A program made the translations under genes and the position numbers. From positions 61,974-125,973 of IMG/VR virus record IMGVR_UViG_3300037010_001382: a stretch of 64,000 nt of DNA, one strand, 5' to 3'. The notes beneath the pieces are model-generated. The model did not search any database and had not been told where the DNA came from. It saw only the letters and a program-made list of their open reading frames with translations. This stretch comes from a virus. Shown piece by piece: positions 51,809-61,060 of this stretch (position 1 is its first letter; each line of letters begins with the position of its first letter).

Positions 51809-53062
51809 TTATAAATTGTCTAAGAATGATTTTGGAGACATTGAGTTCAGAGTTTGTGTTCTCTTAACTTGTGCCTCGCGCTTTACTAGGTTATCAAATA
51901 CTCGATTAGATTCCTGAGTAACAGCTTTTGATTTTATTTTAGTAAGATCTAACTTATTCTTTAATAGAAGAGCTAGTTTTACTTTTAGTTCATGATTTTT
52001 AGGATCACGTAATTCTAATATATCCTTGTCGAAATCTGTAAGCTTTTCACCTGAAGGTAATACCCACTTTTCGGACGTGAGATAATCATAGGTTTCTCTT
52101 GCAACTTTATCAGTAACTGGTATACCGTCGAACTCTCTTTCCTTTAATTTCTGACCAAAGATCAGATTCAAGTTATTTGCATATTGAGCTTTCTGTTCTC
52201 TCTTAGCTTGTTCAGCCTCTTGAGCTTCAGCAAGTTTGAAATTCATATCTTCTCTTTCTTGCTTAACTATAATCTCATGCAAATCTTTAGTTTCATCTTC
52301 TAGATCACCATAGTCAATTGTCCTCTGAAGTTTCTTTTCAATCTTATCTTCAGGCATTCCTTGTCTGCGATAAGCTTCTCTAAATACTTTCTTTTGATTA
52401 TCTTCGACTGACAGATCAAGATTTTCCATTGTCTGTAACTGATCGAATTTAGCTAAGTAATCTTTTGGTGGAATTCCTTTAACAAAAATAGCATCAAATG
52501 CTTCAACTCCGTCTTCACCATGTTTGGATAATATGAAATTGTAAATATCACTATTTGCTTTCTCTTGTGTTTCTCTTACAAAGCGATCTCTTAATGATTC
52601 ACCATCCTTGATAGGATTTGTTGAATCTTCATCTCGTTCTTTAAAGATACCTATTTTAACAAGTTCTTTAGCTATATCTGAGAATGTAGAGTGTTCTTCT
52701 GCTTCTGTGATTGCATCTTGACCGCTCGGAGTTAGTTTAGTAACTGGAACTGGTTGATCATCATCTGTAGGAGCTTCTAGTGAGTTAAAGATTTCATCTG
52801 CAGTTAGTTTTTCATCTAACTCTTTTGGTTGTCTATTAACATGCACATCAGGATCTAAATCGTCGTCATCATCTTCATGTTCTATTGGTTGTACTGTAGG
52901 CTTCTTCTTAAGCTTCTGAACAGGAGCTATACTAGAAGGATCTGCACTTACACTACCTCCTCCGAAGATTAAGTCTGCAGTTTCGTCCGATATAACAGAT
53001 GCCTGTTGAATACCAAATGATTGCGTACCTCCTGAAAGGAAATTGCTTCCTATATTATCCAT
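51809..53062 (-). CDS. Scaffolding-like protein
   Basis: Acidic disordered N-terminus plus coiled coil; between portal and MCP. Confidence 0.7.
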   Translation of the reverse strand: MDNIGSNFLSGGTQSFGIQQASVISDETADLIFGGGSVSADPSSIAPVQKLKKKPTVQPIEHEDDDDDLDPDVHVNRQPKELDEKLTADEIFNSLEAPTDDDQPVPVTKLTPSGQDAITEAEEHSTFSDIAKELVKIGIFKERDEDSTNPIKDGESLRDRFVRETQEKANSDIYNFILSKHGEDGVEAFDAIFVKGIPPKDYLAKFDQLQTMENLDLSVEDNQKKVFREAYRRQGMPEDKIEKKLQRTIDYGDLEDETKDLHEIIVKQEREDMNFKLAEAQEAEQAKREQKAQYANNLNLIFGQKLKEREFDGIPVTDKVARETYDYLTSEKWVLPSGEKLTDFDKDILELRDPKNHELKVKLALLLKNKLDLTKIKSKAVTQESNRVFDNLVKREAQVKRTQTLNSMSPKSFLDNL

Positions 53063-53097
53063 ATTTGTAGTTGTATTATTATTAATTGAATTCTATG

Positions 53098-53146
53098 CAA
53101 AAGTACGACGAATGTTTGAGATGACAAAGGATTTATGTCTCAAACA
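53098..53146 (-). promoter_or_regulatory. sigmaA-type promoter with an inverted repeat around the -33 box
   Basis: TTTG-N19-TACTTTTG; TGTTTGAGA/TCTCAAACA. Confidence 0.65.
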
Positions 53147-53213
53147 CTCTATTATTGTCGCATTATATAGCATTAACTGTTTATCTTTTTTAACAGTTTT
53201 TATTAGATTGTGA

Positions 53214-55820
53214 TTATTTCTTAGCCGAAGGCTTCGGTTTTGCAGCCCTATTCTCCTTAGCTATTTTGTATTGTGTATCAACTTTATGCTTTTCCATTCT
53301 AAGTTTCTCTCTTTGTAACTCATGATCCTTAGCTGAAGCATTCTGATCTGAACCAATCTTCTGTCTTTCATGTTCAATCTTCTGCAGATCAAGTTGGTAT
53401 TGTCTATCAGCTTTCTGTTGTTCAAGAGATAACTTAGCATAATCATGTTCTATTCCTGAAGTATCTTCTTCTTGTACTGGAACTTCTGATTTCTTCATAG
53501 CAGCAATTCTCTCAGCAGATTGTCTATCAAGATCATTCTGATTAGCATTAAACTCTTGATCAGCTTGGTGTACTTGCATTTGTACTTGTTGAGCTTGTTC
53601 AAACTGAGCTTGTTGTTGTTCGAGTTGTTGTTGCTTCTGCTGTTGTTCTTGTTGTTGAAATTGATCTTGTTGCTCCTTAAGATTCTTATATATCTCTTGC
53701 ATCTTACGCATAGATTTAGTAGCGTATAAAACAGATATCTCATAAGGTGAAGCTCCATTCTGTAACATTGCTTGTGATAACTGACGGAACTCTTTAAAGT
53801 TCTGTGCATCTTCAGCTCTACTAGTTACAAATACTCCTAACTCTCTTAACTTAAGATCTGAACCATTAATTTTTACAAAACAATTCTCACCTTCTGTAGT
53901 AATATAAGATATTGTACTTTCTGGTTTAGATGATTCTATATACAGTGCAGCATCAAGTAATGCTTGATATAATTTATTAAGTGTGTATTCATGCTGAGCA
54001 AACAATGGTTCTGTTTGTGCATATGATTGAGTCAATGCACTATTGATACCTGTTGCTGTCTCAGTTGCTTTCATTTCACCAAGACGTTGTTCACTAATAC
54101 CAACAAGCTTCCAACACTCACTACGCATTTGAACTGCTAAGTTATAACGTGCTTGAATCTCTGCTGTACGTGACAAATCTTGACTAGAGAACTGATTAAA
54201 CGATGATGTACCTTTTACATTCTCTGGAGAATCATCTACAAAGATAACACCTTTCTCACGAGCTTCATTTTCCCATACTTCTAATGCATCTTGATAATCA
54301 CCATCTTTAGGTACAGGTATATGACGAATACTCATTACCATCACTCGTCCCATATCTTTCTCAAGTAATCTGAACAATTGATTCATTGCTACATTATATA
54401 GCATCTGAAATGGTTTCATTTGATCTATAAGAGAAGGTACACGAGGTACATTCTTATTCTCATATAAAGCACCTATAATAGGACAGTAATCAACAAACTC
54501 TAAAGGTTTAACATTATATATATCCATACCTATCTTAAGTCCCTGATACCATTGATTGATCCAACCCCATTCAAGTGATTGTTGGGTTGGATGCATTCCA
54601 CTCTTATATGATTCATCAACAAGCATTGTTTGTAATATACCTTGTTCATCAATGAAAGAGAGCTTACCTATTTTCTTTTTGCTACACCAGTATGCTCTTA
54701 CTACTAAGAACTTATTACCAAATACAGCGGCCGAACTTGTGAGGCCAAGCAAATCTTTTAACTCATCCTTATTCTCTTGCATTTCACCTTCAAGCATTTG
54801 TCTATACTGAAGTACTGCAGGATCATAAGTATCATATTGTACTGAATCCCAACCAGCTTTTACTGGAGCTACTAAGTTTGATTTACGTCCAGACAAGAGA
54901 TAGCCTTGTTGAGCTATGTCTCTCATATGTTCTATCTCATCCTTACTAAGCTTAAATTTATTAATAATCTCTGAAAATTCCATTATATGAACTGTTCCAC
55001 ATGCGTATGCACCAGCATTTGCATCTAAAGGATCAGACATATATCTCTCGTCCATACGAGTAAGATACCATACATTTCTTGGATTAAGTACTTCTACATT
55101 GAATCCAAATTGAGAGTTATCTTCATAAATGTGAAAGAACTGTTTACCTGCTATTAGTAAATCTCTAAATGCATCCTCTGATTTTTCCTTCAGATTGAAT
55201 CGCATCTTCATAAGTTCTAACACACGAGATCCCCATTTCTCAGCTAGAGATGTATAGTTACCTATGTCTTCTTTAGCCTTTTCTTGAGTCATCTGCTCAA
55301 GTTTATCTTGGTCATCCATTTGAATACCTTGTTGAGCAGCTTTAACTTGTAATTGCTGTCTAACAGTATCCATTATTAGTTTCTGAAGAACCTCAGTTTT
55401 AAACTGTAATTCTTCTGATTGAGATTCTGCATCAAACGCTTTAACAAAAGCATTATCAGGTCTCTTTGATAGTTCACCTACTAAATCATTGATAACAGGA
55501 GTGAGAATAGAATAATGCTTTACAAATGCAGGCAAATCCTCATTTCTCATTATTGTTTCTGTAAACGTTCTCACTTCATCTGAATCTTCAGAATAAAAGT
55601 CAGAGCGTCTTAAGATACCCTTAACCAATTCATAGTTAGGAACTATATGTTTCTTATTATATGAATACTGTTGTATAGATACATTGTACCAGTAATCCAT
55701 ATTAATCTTCCACCAATCCTCTGACTGTTTCACCTTCTCAGTTACAAACTGATCAGGATAACGCTTCAACAGAGCAAAATCTGGTGAGCTATATTTCTTT
55801 GTAAATAGTATAATTGCCAT
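53214..55820 (-). CDS. Portal protein
   Basis: 868 aa; KHY.I..P.IN.LVGE..KRP, GI..QRLG, Q-rich C-terminal coiled coil; follows the terminase. Confidence 0.9.
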   Translation of the reverse strand: MAIILFTKKYSSPDFALLKRYPDQFVTEKVKQSEDWWKINMDYWYNVSIQQYSYNKKHIVPNYELVKGILRRSDFYSEDSDEVRTFTETIMRNEDLPAFVKHYSILTPVINDLVGELSKRPDNAFVKAFDAESQSEELQFKTEVLQKLIMDTVRQQLQVKAAQQGIQMDDQDKLEQMTQEKAKEDIGNYTSLAEKWGSRVLELMKMRFNLKEKSEDAFRDLLIAGKQFFHIYEDNSQFGFNVEVLNPRNVWYLTRMDERYMSDPLDANAGAYACGTVHIMEFSEIINKFKLSKDEIEHMRDIAQQGYLLSGRKSNLVAPVKAGWDSVQYDTYDPAVLQYRQMLEGEMQENKDELKDLLGLTSSAAVFGNKFLVVRAYWCSKKKIGKLSFIDEQGILQTMLVDESYKSGMHPTQQSLEWGWINQWYQGLKIGMDIYNVKPLEFVDYCPIIGALYENKNVPRVPSLIDQMKPFQMLYNVAMNQLFRLLEKDMGRVMVMSIRHIPVPKDGDYQDALEVWENEAREKGVIFVDDSPENVKGTSSFNQFSSQDLSRTAEIQARYNLAVQMRSECWKLVGISEQRLGEMKATETATGINSALTQSYAQTEPLFAQHEYTLNKLYQALLDAALYIESSKPESTISYITTEGENCFVKINGSDLKLRELGVFVTSRAEDAQNFKEFRQLSQAMLQNGASPYEISVLYATKSMRKMQEIYKNLKEQQDQFQQQEQQQKQQQLEQQQAQFEQAQQVQMQVHQADQEFNANQNDLDRQSAERIAAMKKSEVPVQEEDTSGIEHDYAKLSLEQQKADRQYQLDLQKIEHERQKIGSDQNASAKDHELQREKLRMEKHKVDTQYKIAKENRAAKPKPSAKK

Positions 55821-55822
55821 AT

Positions 55823-57850
55823 TTAAAATAGTCTACGCTTTCCTTTTGAAAATAGATTACTTCCACCTCCAAATAATGTATTACCGATCTTTCGTTTTTT
55901 ACTGAATAATTCTGCTAATCTTCCATCCTCTTCGCCTGAAGATGCCTTTAGGATAGGATCAAGATGCATTGCTAAAGCTATTGCTAACTCAGCAGCTATC
56001 ACTCGGTCAAAGTTATCATCATCATTAAATTTAGATATTTCTTCAAGTAACATAATATCTCTTACTTGATACACACCTAATACTTCTCTAATAACAGACC
56101 CTTCTTCATCTTTCTCTATTGATAGTTTCTGATTAAGATATGTTTTAAGACAACCATGTAGATGCTCACGTATTCTTTCTGCAGATCGATGTATACCAAA
56201 CTCACGATTAACCTGAGTAGTAGGAACTATCTCCTTCAACCAACCTGGCTGCTTCTCAAGATATCTTGAGTCGCCTTGAGCCTTCATGTATTCAATGAAT
56301 GACATTTCATCATTCTCACAAAGTGTGCGAGCGTTGTAGAACTTGATAAGCAATCTAGCTTGTTCGTTCCACTTGTCTTTGTCTTCTGGGCGAGCCACAT
56401 AAGAAGCAACAAACGTATCTTGAAATTCTTCACCGAGTATATTATGAATTCGTTTATAAATATATACACTTCCAAGTGAATCTGAAAACGCTGAATTGGC
56501 TTGACGGTAAGGATCGACTCCTGCAACATACAGTCCAAATGGTGGACTCTTTATTGGGAACTCCCATACAATAATAGGAGCATCCTTATCGTCAGATGGC
56601 TTAGCTGGATAATGACTAATTGCTTTCTTGTCTACAAATTCATGTTTAATAGTATCTCCATCATGATATAAGAAAATACTAGATCCTTCAATATTATTAT
56701 CAAATAATCTTTGCTGTTGAGCTTTTGCAGCTCTAGCATTAAATATATTATTTGATTGAGTTAGGAAACATTCCTCTTCACTAAGAGGATAATACATTAT
56801 GGCCTTGAGATACTTAGTCTGATCAGGGTCACTTTTAAGTAACTCTCTTTCTTGTTTGATAGTTCTCTCTGCTAATTCTTTATCAGCAACAAGGATAATT
56901 ATCTTATTAAGTTCATCTGAAGATTTCTCTATTCGACCTTCTTGTTGTAAGTAATCTCCTAGTCCAATAGGATGCTTAAAATCTTGTCTATAAACACCAG
57001 ACATAAATAAACATGTCTCTTTACCAGCAGCATTCTTAAACGCTAAGAATTTATTAGCTGTAGGACTATAAAATAGATTTTCAGCATCTTTACCTTTATC
57101 AAATGAACCACCTGTACCAACTAAGATAGGTATAGCACGCCATCCCATAGGAGATAAGAATGCTGGTTTAGCAGCTTCGAATGCAGACGCAAAAGGGTAC
57201 TTACCAACCTCATCCATTATATAGGACTTAGCGGTAGTACCTGCTGCAGTTTCTGTATTCTTACCATCATCAGCATTACGAATAATAATAGAAGACCAAA
57301 TCTGATCTTCACCACTCTTAAGCTTAAACCCTAAATTGATCTTAGAACCTCTCCATGTTTTGTCTAGACGTGGAATAGCAATGCCTTCCCATAAACGTTT
57401 AAGACCAAAATCTATCTTATCTTTCAATAGACCTAGATCCGCATCATTACCACCTACAATAACATTCTGAGAATCCTTAAACATGATAGCATTATATGCA
57501 CAGAAAGATGCTTCAAGCTCTGATTTACCTCCCTGACGTAATCCTATCTCTAGGTAACCTAATTGATCTATTCTACATTGTTCTAATGCAAGAGCACGAA
57601 TCAATTCATTATCTCTCAAGTCTGGTAAAGAAACTATACGACCAATATTACCATGATCGTCTTTCTTATCCACACGAATGTACCAGTGATTGGTATGCCA
57701 ATAGAGCCATCCAGGTATATGAAAGCCATCGATGGTAACACCACCCATACATCTTTCAATTTCTATATTTACTAGCTCATCGAAATCTTTAGTACCTTTT
57801 GGAGGCAAATTCTTTCTATTCTTGAAGAGCTGATCTACTGTTATATTCAT
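55823..57850 (-). CDS. terL: Terminase large subunit
   Basis: RQGGKS Walker A, YIMDEVGK Walker B, GTGG coupling motif, nuclease AGVDPY...EN...NFDRV. Confidence 0.93.
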   Translation of the reverse strand: MNITVDQLFKNRKNLPPKGTKDFDELVNIEIERCMGGVTIDGFHIPGWLYWHTNHWYIRVDKKDDHGNIGRIVSLPDLRDNELIRALALEQCRIDQLGYLEIGLRQGGKSELEASFCAYNAIMFKDSQNVIVGGNDADLGLLKDKIDFGLKRLWEGIAIPRLDKTWRGSKINLGFKLKSGEDQIWSSIIIRNADDGKNTETAAGTTAKSYIMDEVGKYPFASAFEAAKPAFLSPMGWRAIPILVGTGGSFDKGKDAENLFYSPTANKFLAFKNAAGKETCLFMSGVYRQDFKHPIGLGDYLQQEGRIEKSSDELNKIIILVADKELAERTIKQERELLKSDPDQTKYLKAIMYYPLSEEECFLTQSNNIFNARAAKAQQQRLFDNNIEGSSIFLYHDGDTIKHEFVDKKAISHYPAKPSDDKDAPIIVWEFPIKSPPFGLYVAGVDPYRQANSAFSDSLGSVYIYKRIHNILGEEFQDTFVASYVARPEDKDKWNEQARLLIKFYNARTLCENDEMSFIEYMKAQGDSRYLEKQPGWLKEIVPTTQVNREFGIHRSAERIREHLHGCLKTYLNQKLSIEKDEEGSVIREVLGVYQVRDIMLLEEISKFNDDDNFDRVIAAELAIALAMHLDPILKASSGEEDGRLAELFSKKRKIGNTLFGGGSNLFSKGKRRLF

Positions 57851-58167
57851 TATGTACCACTTTGCATTCTATGTGGTATATCGGAATCACCACGTGCTTC
57901 TTTCTTCTTTTCTTCTATTTCACGCATCTTATTAACTTGTTCAAGCAACAAGAGATACTCCTTCATAGTATCGCGTATGCATTTTATCTGTGCTTCCATT
58001 GAAGCTATTACCATTGGTAATGCTCCACCTTTAGATGTTGGTTTCCACTCTATACGATCTTTAAGACCTGCAATAGGATTGTTATCAACATACTCTCTCC
58101 ATTCATGGAGTTTTTCCTCAGCCCATTCTAATTCAGCTGATATATATATTTCTTTCTTAGCTGCCAT
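57850..58167 (-). CDS. Hypothetical protein (small terminase candidate)
   Basis: 105-aa helical protein coupled to terL. Confidence 0.6.
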   Translation of the reverse strand: MAAKKEIYISAELEWAEEKLHEWREYVDNNPIAGLKDRIEWKPTSKGGALPMVIASMEAQIKCIRDTMKEYLLLLEQVNKMREIEEKKKEARGDSDIPHRMQSGT

Positions 58168-58552
58168 TAAATAATTTATTTGTTATTTCATCACTGATAA
58201 TCATACCTGTTTTCATCATGATGTCAATTTCTTTATTCCTTTCTTCTCTCTTAGAATCATAGATTAATTCATCCCACGAATCATTCCAAATTACTTTAAA
58301 ACGTTCCTGTTGTTCTTGATAGGAACCATATCCATGATTAGGTTGATAGGGTATACATTTAGTTCTAGTACCATCTGGATCAATAAAATCCTTTCTCAAT
58401 TGCTTCTGACCTAAATCAGACCAAAAATTATACTCTGGCATTTCAAAGAACTTATCTATAGCATGCTGTATTTTAACTGTAGCTATTTTCTGATTTAGCT
58501 CTTGGTCTTCTATACTAATATTATTCATATTCTTCGTCATCATACAAATCAT
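58157..58552 (-). CDS. Hypothetical protein
   Basis: ORF fills the operon; exact start uncertain. Confidence 0.6.
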   Translation of the reverse strand: MICMMTKNMNNISIEDQELNQKIATVKIQHAIDKFFEMPEYNFWSDLGQKQLRKDFIDPDGTRTKCIPYQPNHGYGSYQEQQERFKVIWNDSWDELIYDSKREERNKEIDIMMKTGMIISDEITNKLFNGS

Positions 58553-58805
58553 CTGAAGTTAAATTCATTGACTCTTTATAGATCTGATCGAGATCTTCTT
58601 CTTTTGTTAATGGTGTAGTGTCTAGTTCTTTCTCACATCTATACTTCTCAAGTATGAAGTAGAACTCTTTGTCTGATATACCATCAAAATTTAAGTAGTC
58701 AGAAAGAGCTATAGACAAGTGAGTAGATAGCAGTTGGTTAGGATATTGTTTAGCTAACGCTTTCAGTACTATCAGGATCTCCTGTTTGTAGTTTGTTATT
58801 TTCAT
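58521..58805 (-). CDS. Hypothetical protein
   Basis: 94 aa with an acidic tail. Confidence 0.65.
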   Translation of the reverse strand: MKITNYKQEILIVLKALAKQYPNQLLSTHLSIALSDYLNFDGISDKEFYFILEKYRCEKELDTTPLTKEEDLDQIYKESMNLTSDDLYDDEEYE

Positions 58806-59112
58806 TCTGTATTTGTTTTTCTATATTGTAACGCTCTTCATCTGTTGCTATTGCTTCCCATTTACCTAATGGACAAGTTGAAGATAAAGATTTTGATTTG
58901 GCAGCTAAATGACATCCGCAACTTGTGCAATGTAAATCTGTTCTATAACCTTTATATGTTCCTGCTTCTTTGGCATTCTTTGATTGAAAAGGACAGCCAC
59001 TACAGATAGATAATCTGTGCTCTGATACTTCATCAATTAAGTTTACCAATTCTAATGGTGGAACTAAATGATTATGCCAACCTTCTATAATCTCTTTGAA
59101 ATTTAATCTCAT
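58750..59112 (-). CDS. Zn-binding Cys-cluster protein
   Basis: R..IC..CP, HC..CGC.L.AK and CP.GKW. Confidence 0.75.
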   Translation of the reverse strand: MRLNFKEIIEGWHNHLVPPLELVNLIDEVSEHRLSICSGCPFQSKNAKEAGTYKGYRTDLHCTSCGCHLAAKSKSLSSTCPLGKWEAIATDEERYNIEKQIQNENNKLQTGDPDSTESVS

Positions 59113-59441
59113 ATTTTTGATTCTAAATAAGCTTTTTCATCTACAAACTGTTCTAACATTTTTAAGTACTTTACTTTTAACTTGTCAGTTATGTTTCCAT
59201 CTTGTAGTTGTAAATTGATCCAGTCGATCTTAAAGTTCATCTTTGCAAGTTTATTGATTACTACCCTATCTCTTGTAGAAAACTTTCCTAATCCTGAATC
59301 TTCTATTGTTGTATGTAAGTACTGTGCTTCATACACAGACTTCCATTTATGCTTTATTACTATCTCTACTATACTCTCTGGTATATTAAGTTGTACTGCT
59401 GTCTTACGTGTGATAAGATCTATAATACTAAGCTGTGCCAT
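59109..59441 (-). CDS. HU/IHF-like protein
   Basis: Helix-turn-helix followed by IEDSGLGKF. Confidence 0.6.
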   Translation of the reverse strand: MAQLSIIDLITRKTAVQLNIPESIVEIVIKHKWKSVYEAQYLHTTIEDSGLGKFSTRDRVVINKLAKMNFKIDWINLQLQDGNITDKLKVKYLKMLEQFVDEKAYLESKI

Positions 59442-59793
59442 TTTCCTTTAACATTTTGATTACTAATATAATATCTGTATGTTGAGCAAAATCTGGCAAT
59501 ATAACAGGATTGATTCTTATCTTGTTTTCTCTATCCTTAATTAAGATGTTAAGCTTCTTAAGCTTACCAATGATATTATAAACAGATGCTGATGGAACAT
59601 CGAACTGTTCACAGAACTGTTGCTTGATAGGAGGTGTTGATAATGTACCATTAACTGCAGAGAAGGCAACAAGATTAATTTCATTCTTTGTAAGATGAAT
59701 ATCATTCAATGTAAAAATTATTGTATAATATTTCTTAGCGATATCAAACTCTGTTATATATGTTTTAGCTATTCGCTGAAAATTTGCTTCCAT
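59428..59793 (-). CDS. Winged-helix DNA-binding protein (RepL-like)
   Basis: LTKNE...SASVYNIIGKLKKLNILIK....IRINP. Confidence 0.65.
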   Translation of the reverse strand: MEANFQRIAKTYITEFDIAKKYYTIIFTLNDIHLTKNEINLVAFSAVNGTLSTPPIKQQFCEQFDVPSASVYNIIGKLKKLNILIKDRENKIRINPVILPDFAQHTDIILVIKMLKENGTA

Positions 59794-59895
59794 TCCCTAT
59801 TTGTATTTAGTACCTATATGTAGTAAGATAAACTTACTTCACCTTACTACAAAGGTACAACAATAAATTAAAATAAAAAAACGTATAACGCTATA

Positions 59896-60240
59896 TTATG
59901 CGCCATTAGTTTTATAATACTCATCTATTTTTTCCTGTAGATCATTCAGACCACCAACAATTGATAGCTGAATTCCATCTTCAAGACATAAATCTACTGA
60001 ATCAAAATGTGGATCTTCTGGATTGTTTGCCATTTCTTCTAATGAATAAGATTCAATTGCCATAATAATCCTCTTAGGATCTACAAATACTCTTGAAGGA
60101 TATGTCTTAGGAATCATTGGTTCTTCAATGTCCTTCTTCCACTCATTACCTTCTTCTTCTGAATCTTCTTGTGATTTGAAGTAAGCCTTATACTCTTTAC
60201 CTAAATAAGTTCTTGCTTCCAACTCTATTAAATGTCTCAT
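59896..60240 (-). CDS. Hypothetical acidic protein
   Basis: 114 aa; TATCTTTG box at 60264-60271 upstream. Confidence 0.75.
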   Translation of the reverse strand: MRHLIELEARTYLGKEYKAYFKSQEDSEEEGNEWKKDIEEPMIPKTYPSRVFVDPKRIIMAIESYSLEEMANNPEDPHFDSVDLCLEDGIQLSIVGGLNDLQEKIDEYYKTNGA

Positions 60241-60310
60241 CTAATTATTTTTATTAATTTGTACAAAGATACAAATGTTTTATTACATTTCCTAATTTAT
60301 TTAATTAAAT

Positions 60311-60335
60311 AAAAAAAGACAGCACAAGGCTGTCT
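60311..60335 (-). terminator. Terminator of the tRNA operon
   Basis: AGACAGC-cttgt-GCTGTCT followed by a T tract on the minus strand. Confidence 0.85.
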
Positions 60336-60344
60336 AATTAAAAG

Positions 60345-60415
60345 TAGTTCTACCAGGACTCGAACCTAGAATAAGGGAGTCAAAGGCCCTTGTGTTACCA
60401 TTACACCATAGAACT
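60345..60415 (-). tRNA. tRNA-Gln(TTG)
   Basis: AGTTCTA/TAGAACT acceptor, loop CTTTGAC, GGTTCGAGTCC. Confidence 0.9.
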
Positions 60416-60424
60416 ATATATGTG

Positions 60425-60496
60425 TGGAGAAGAAAGGAATTGAACCTTCTACGCAAGCCTCTTCAGAGCTTCACTCTACCGATGAGCTACATCTCC
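60425..60496 (-). tRNA. tRNA-Phe(GAA)
   Basis: GGAGATG/CTTCTCC acceptor, AAGCT-CTGAAGA-GGCTT, GGTTCAATTCC. Confidence 0.88.
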
Positions 60497-60501
60497 AGTA
60501 G

Positions 60502-60574
60502 CAGTCCATACGAGATTCGAACTCGCTCCGCCGACCGTGACAAGGTGGCATCTTAACCATTTGACCTATGGACT
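60502..60574 (-). tRNA. tRNA-Asp(GTC)
   Basis: AGTCCAT/ATGGACT+G acceptor, CCACC-TTGTCAC-GGTCGG, GAGTTCGAATCTC. Confidence 0.88.
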
Positions 60575-60621
60575 AGGTATGCTGTTCATACTTGGTAACG
60601 ATTATACAGCAAACTAAGATG

Positions 60622-60696
60622 TCTAGGTAACCGGATTCGAACCGATGAACACTCGCTTCCAATGCGAGGAAGTATAGCCATCTGCATGACACCTAG
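60622..60696 (-). tRNA. tRNA-Pro(TGG), atypical D arm
   Basis: CTAGGTG/TACCTAG+A acceptor, CTCGC-ATTGGAA-GCGAG, CGGTTCGAATCCG. Confidence 0.85.
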
Positions 60697-60700
60697 ATAT

Positions 60701-60737
60701 AATAAAAATCCCTCTAACAAATAAATGCTAGAGGGAT
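60701..60737 (-). terminator. Attenuator terminator inside the tRNA operon
   Basis: Minus strand ATCCCTCTAGCA-tttatt-TGTTAGAGGGAT followed by TTTTATT. Confidence 0.85.
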
Positions 60738-60764
60738 AGTTGGAACTTTAAAGAAACGTTCACA

Positions 60765-60845
60765 TTACAACATACCCTCTCCCTTATCAGGTTGATCCTG
60801 AAATATGCAAGGGAAAAAAGTAAAAGTAAAAGTAATGTTTGTCAT
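60765..60845 (-). CDS. Putative attenuator leader peptide MTNITFTFTFFPCIFQDQPDKGEGML
   Basis: 26-aa ORF translated by hand, between tRNA-fMet and the terminator; rich in F, P, Q and D. Confidence 0.75.
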   Translation of the reverse strand: MTNITFTFTFFPCIFQDQPDKGEGML

Positions 60846-60859
60846 TTGTATGTTTGTTG

Positions 60860-60931
60860 TAGCGAGACTGGAGATCGAACCCAGGACCTTCGGGTTATGA
60901 GCCCAACGAGCTACCGCTGCTCCACCTCGCG
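60860..60931 (-). tRNA. Initiator tRNA-fMet(CAT)
   Basis: Unpaired C1:U72, three G-C pairs in TTGGG-CTCATAA-CCCGA, GGTTCGA. Confidence 0.92.
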
Positions 60932-60941
60932 ATATATTTTA

Positions 60942-60973
60942 CAAAGGTAAATCAATTATTTGATATTACCAAA
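60942..60973 (-). promoter_or_regulatory. sigmaA-type promoter of the tRNA operon
   Basis: TTTG-N20-TACCTTTG, ending 10 nt before tRNA-fMet. Confidence 0.75.
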
Positions 60974-61060
60974 TTTATTTTTAATTATTTTTAAAGAGGG
61001 ATTACTTGGTAGATTTAGAGTAGCACGTCTTCATGTACCAAGGTTCCTTTATGTCAGTAC

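Noticed and set aside
53261-53809. Alternative-frame minus ORFs inside the portal gene, including an Asn-rich one
   Set aside because: By-product of the CAA/CAG Gln-rich tract of the portal protein.
60575-60621. Hairpin TGCTGT/ACAGCA between tRNA-Pro and tRNA-Asp as a sixth tRNA or riboswitch
   Set aside because: Too short, with no T arm or recognisable aptamer; probably a spacer or remnant.
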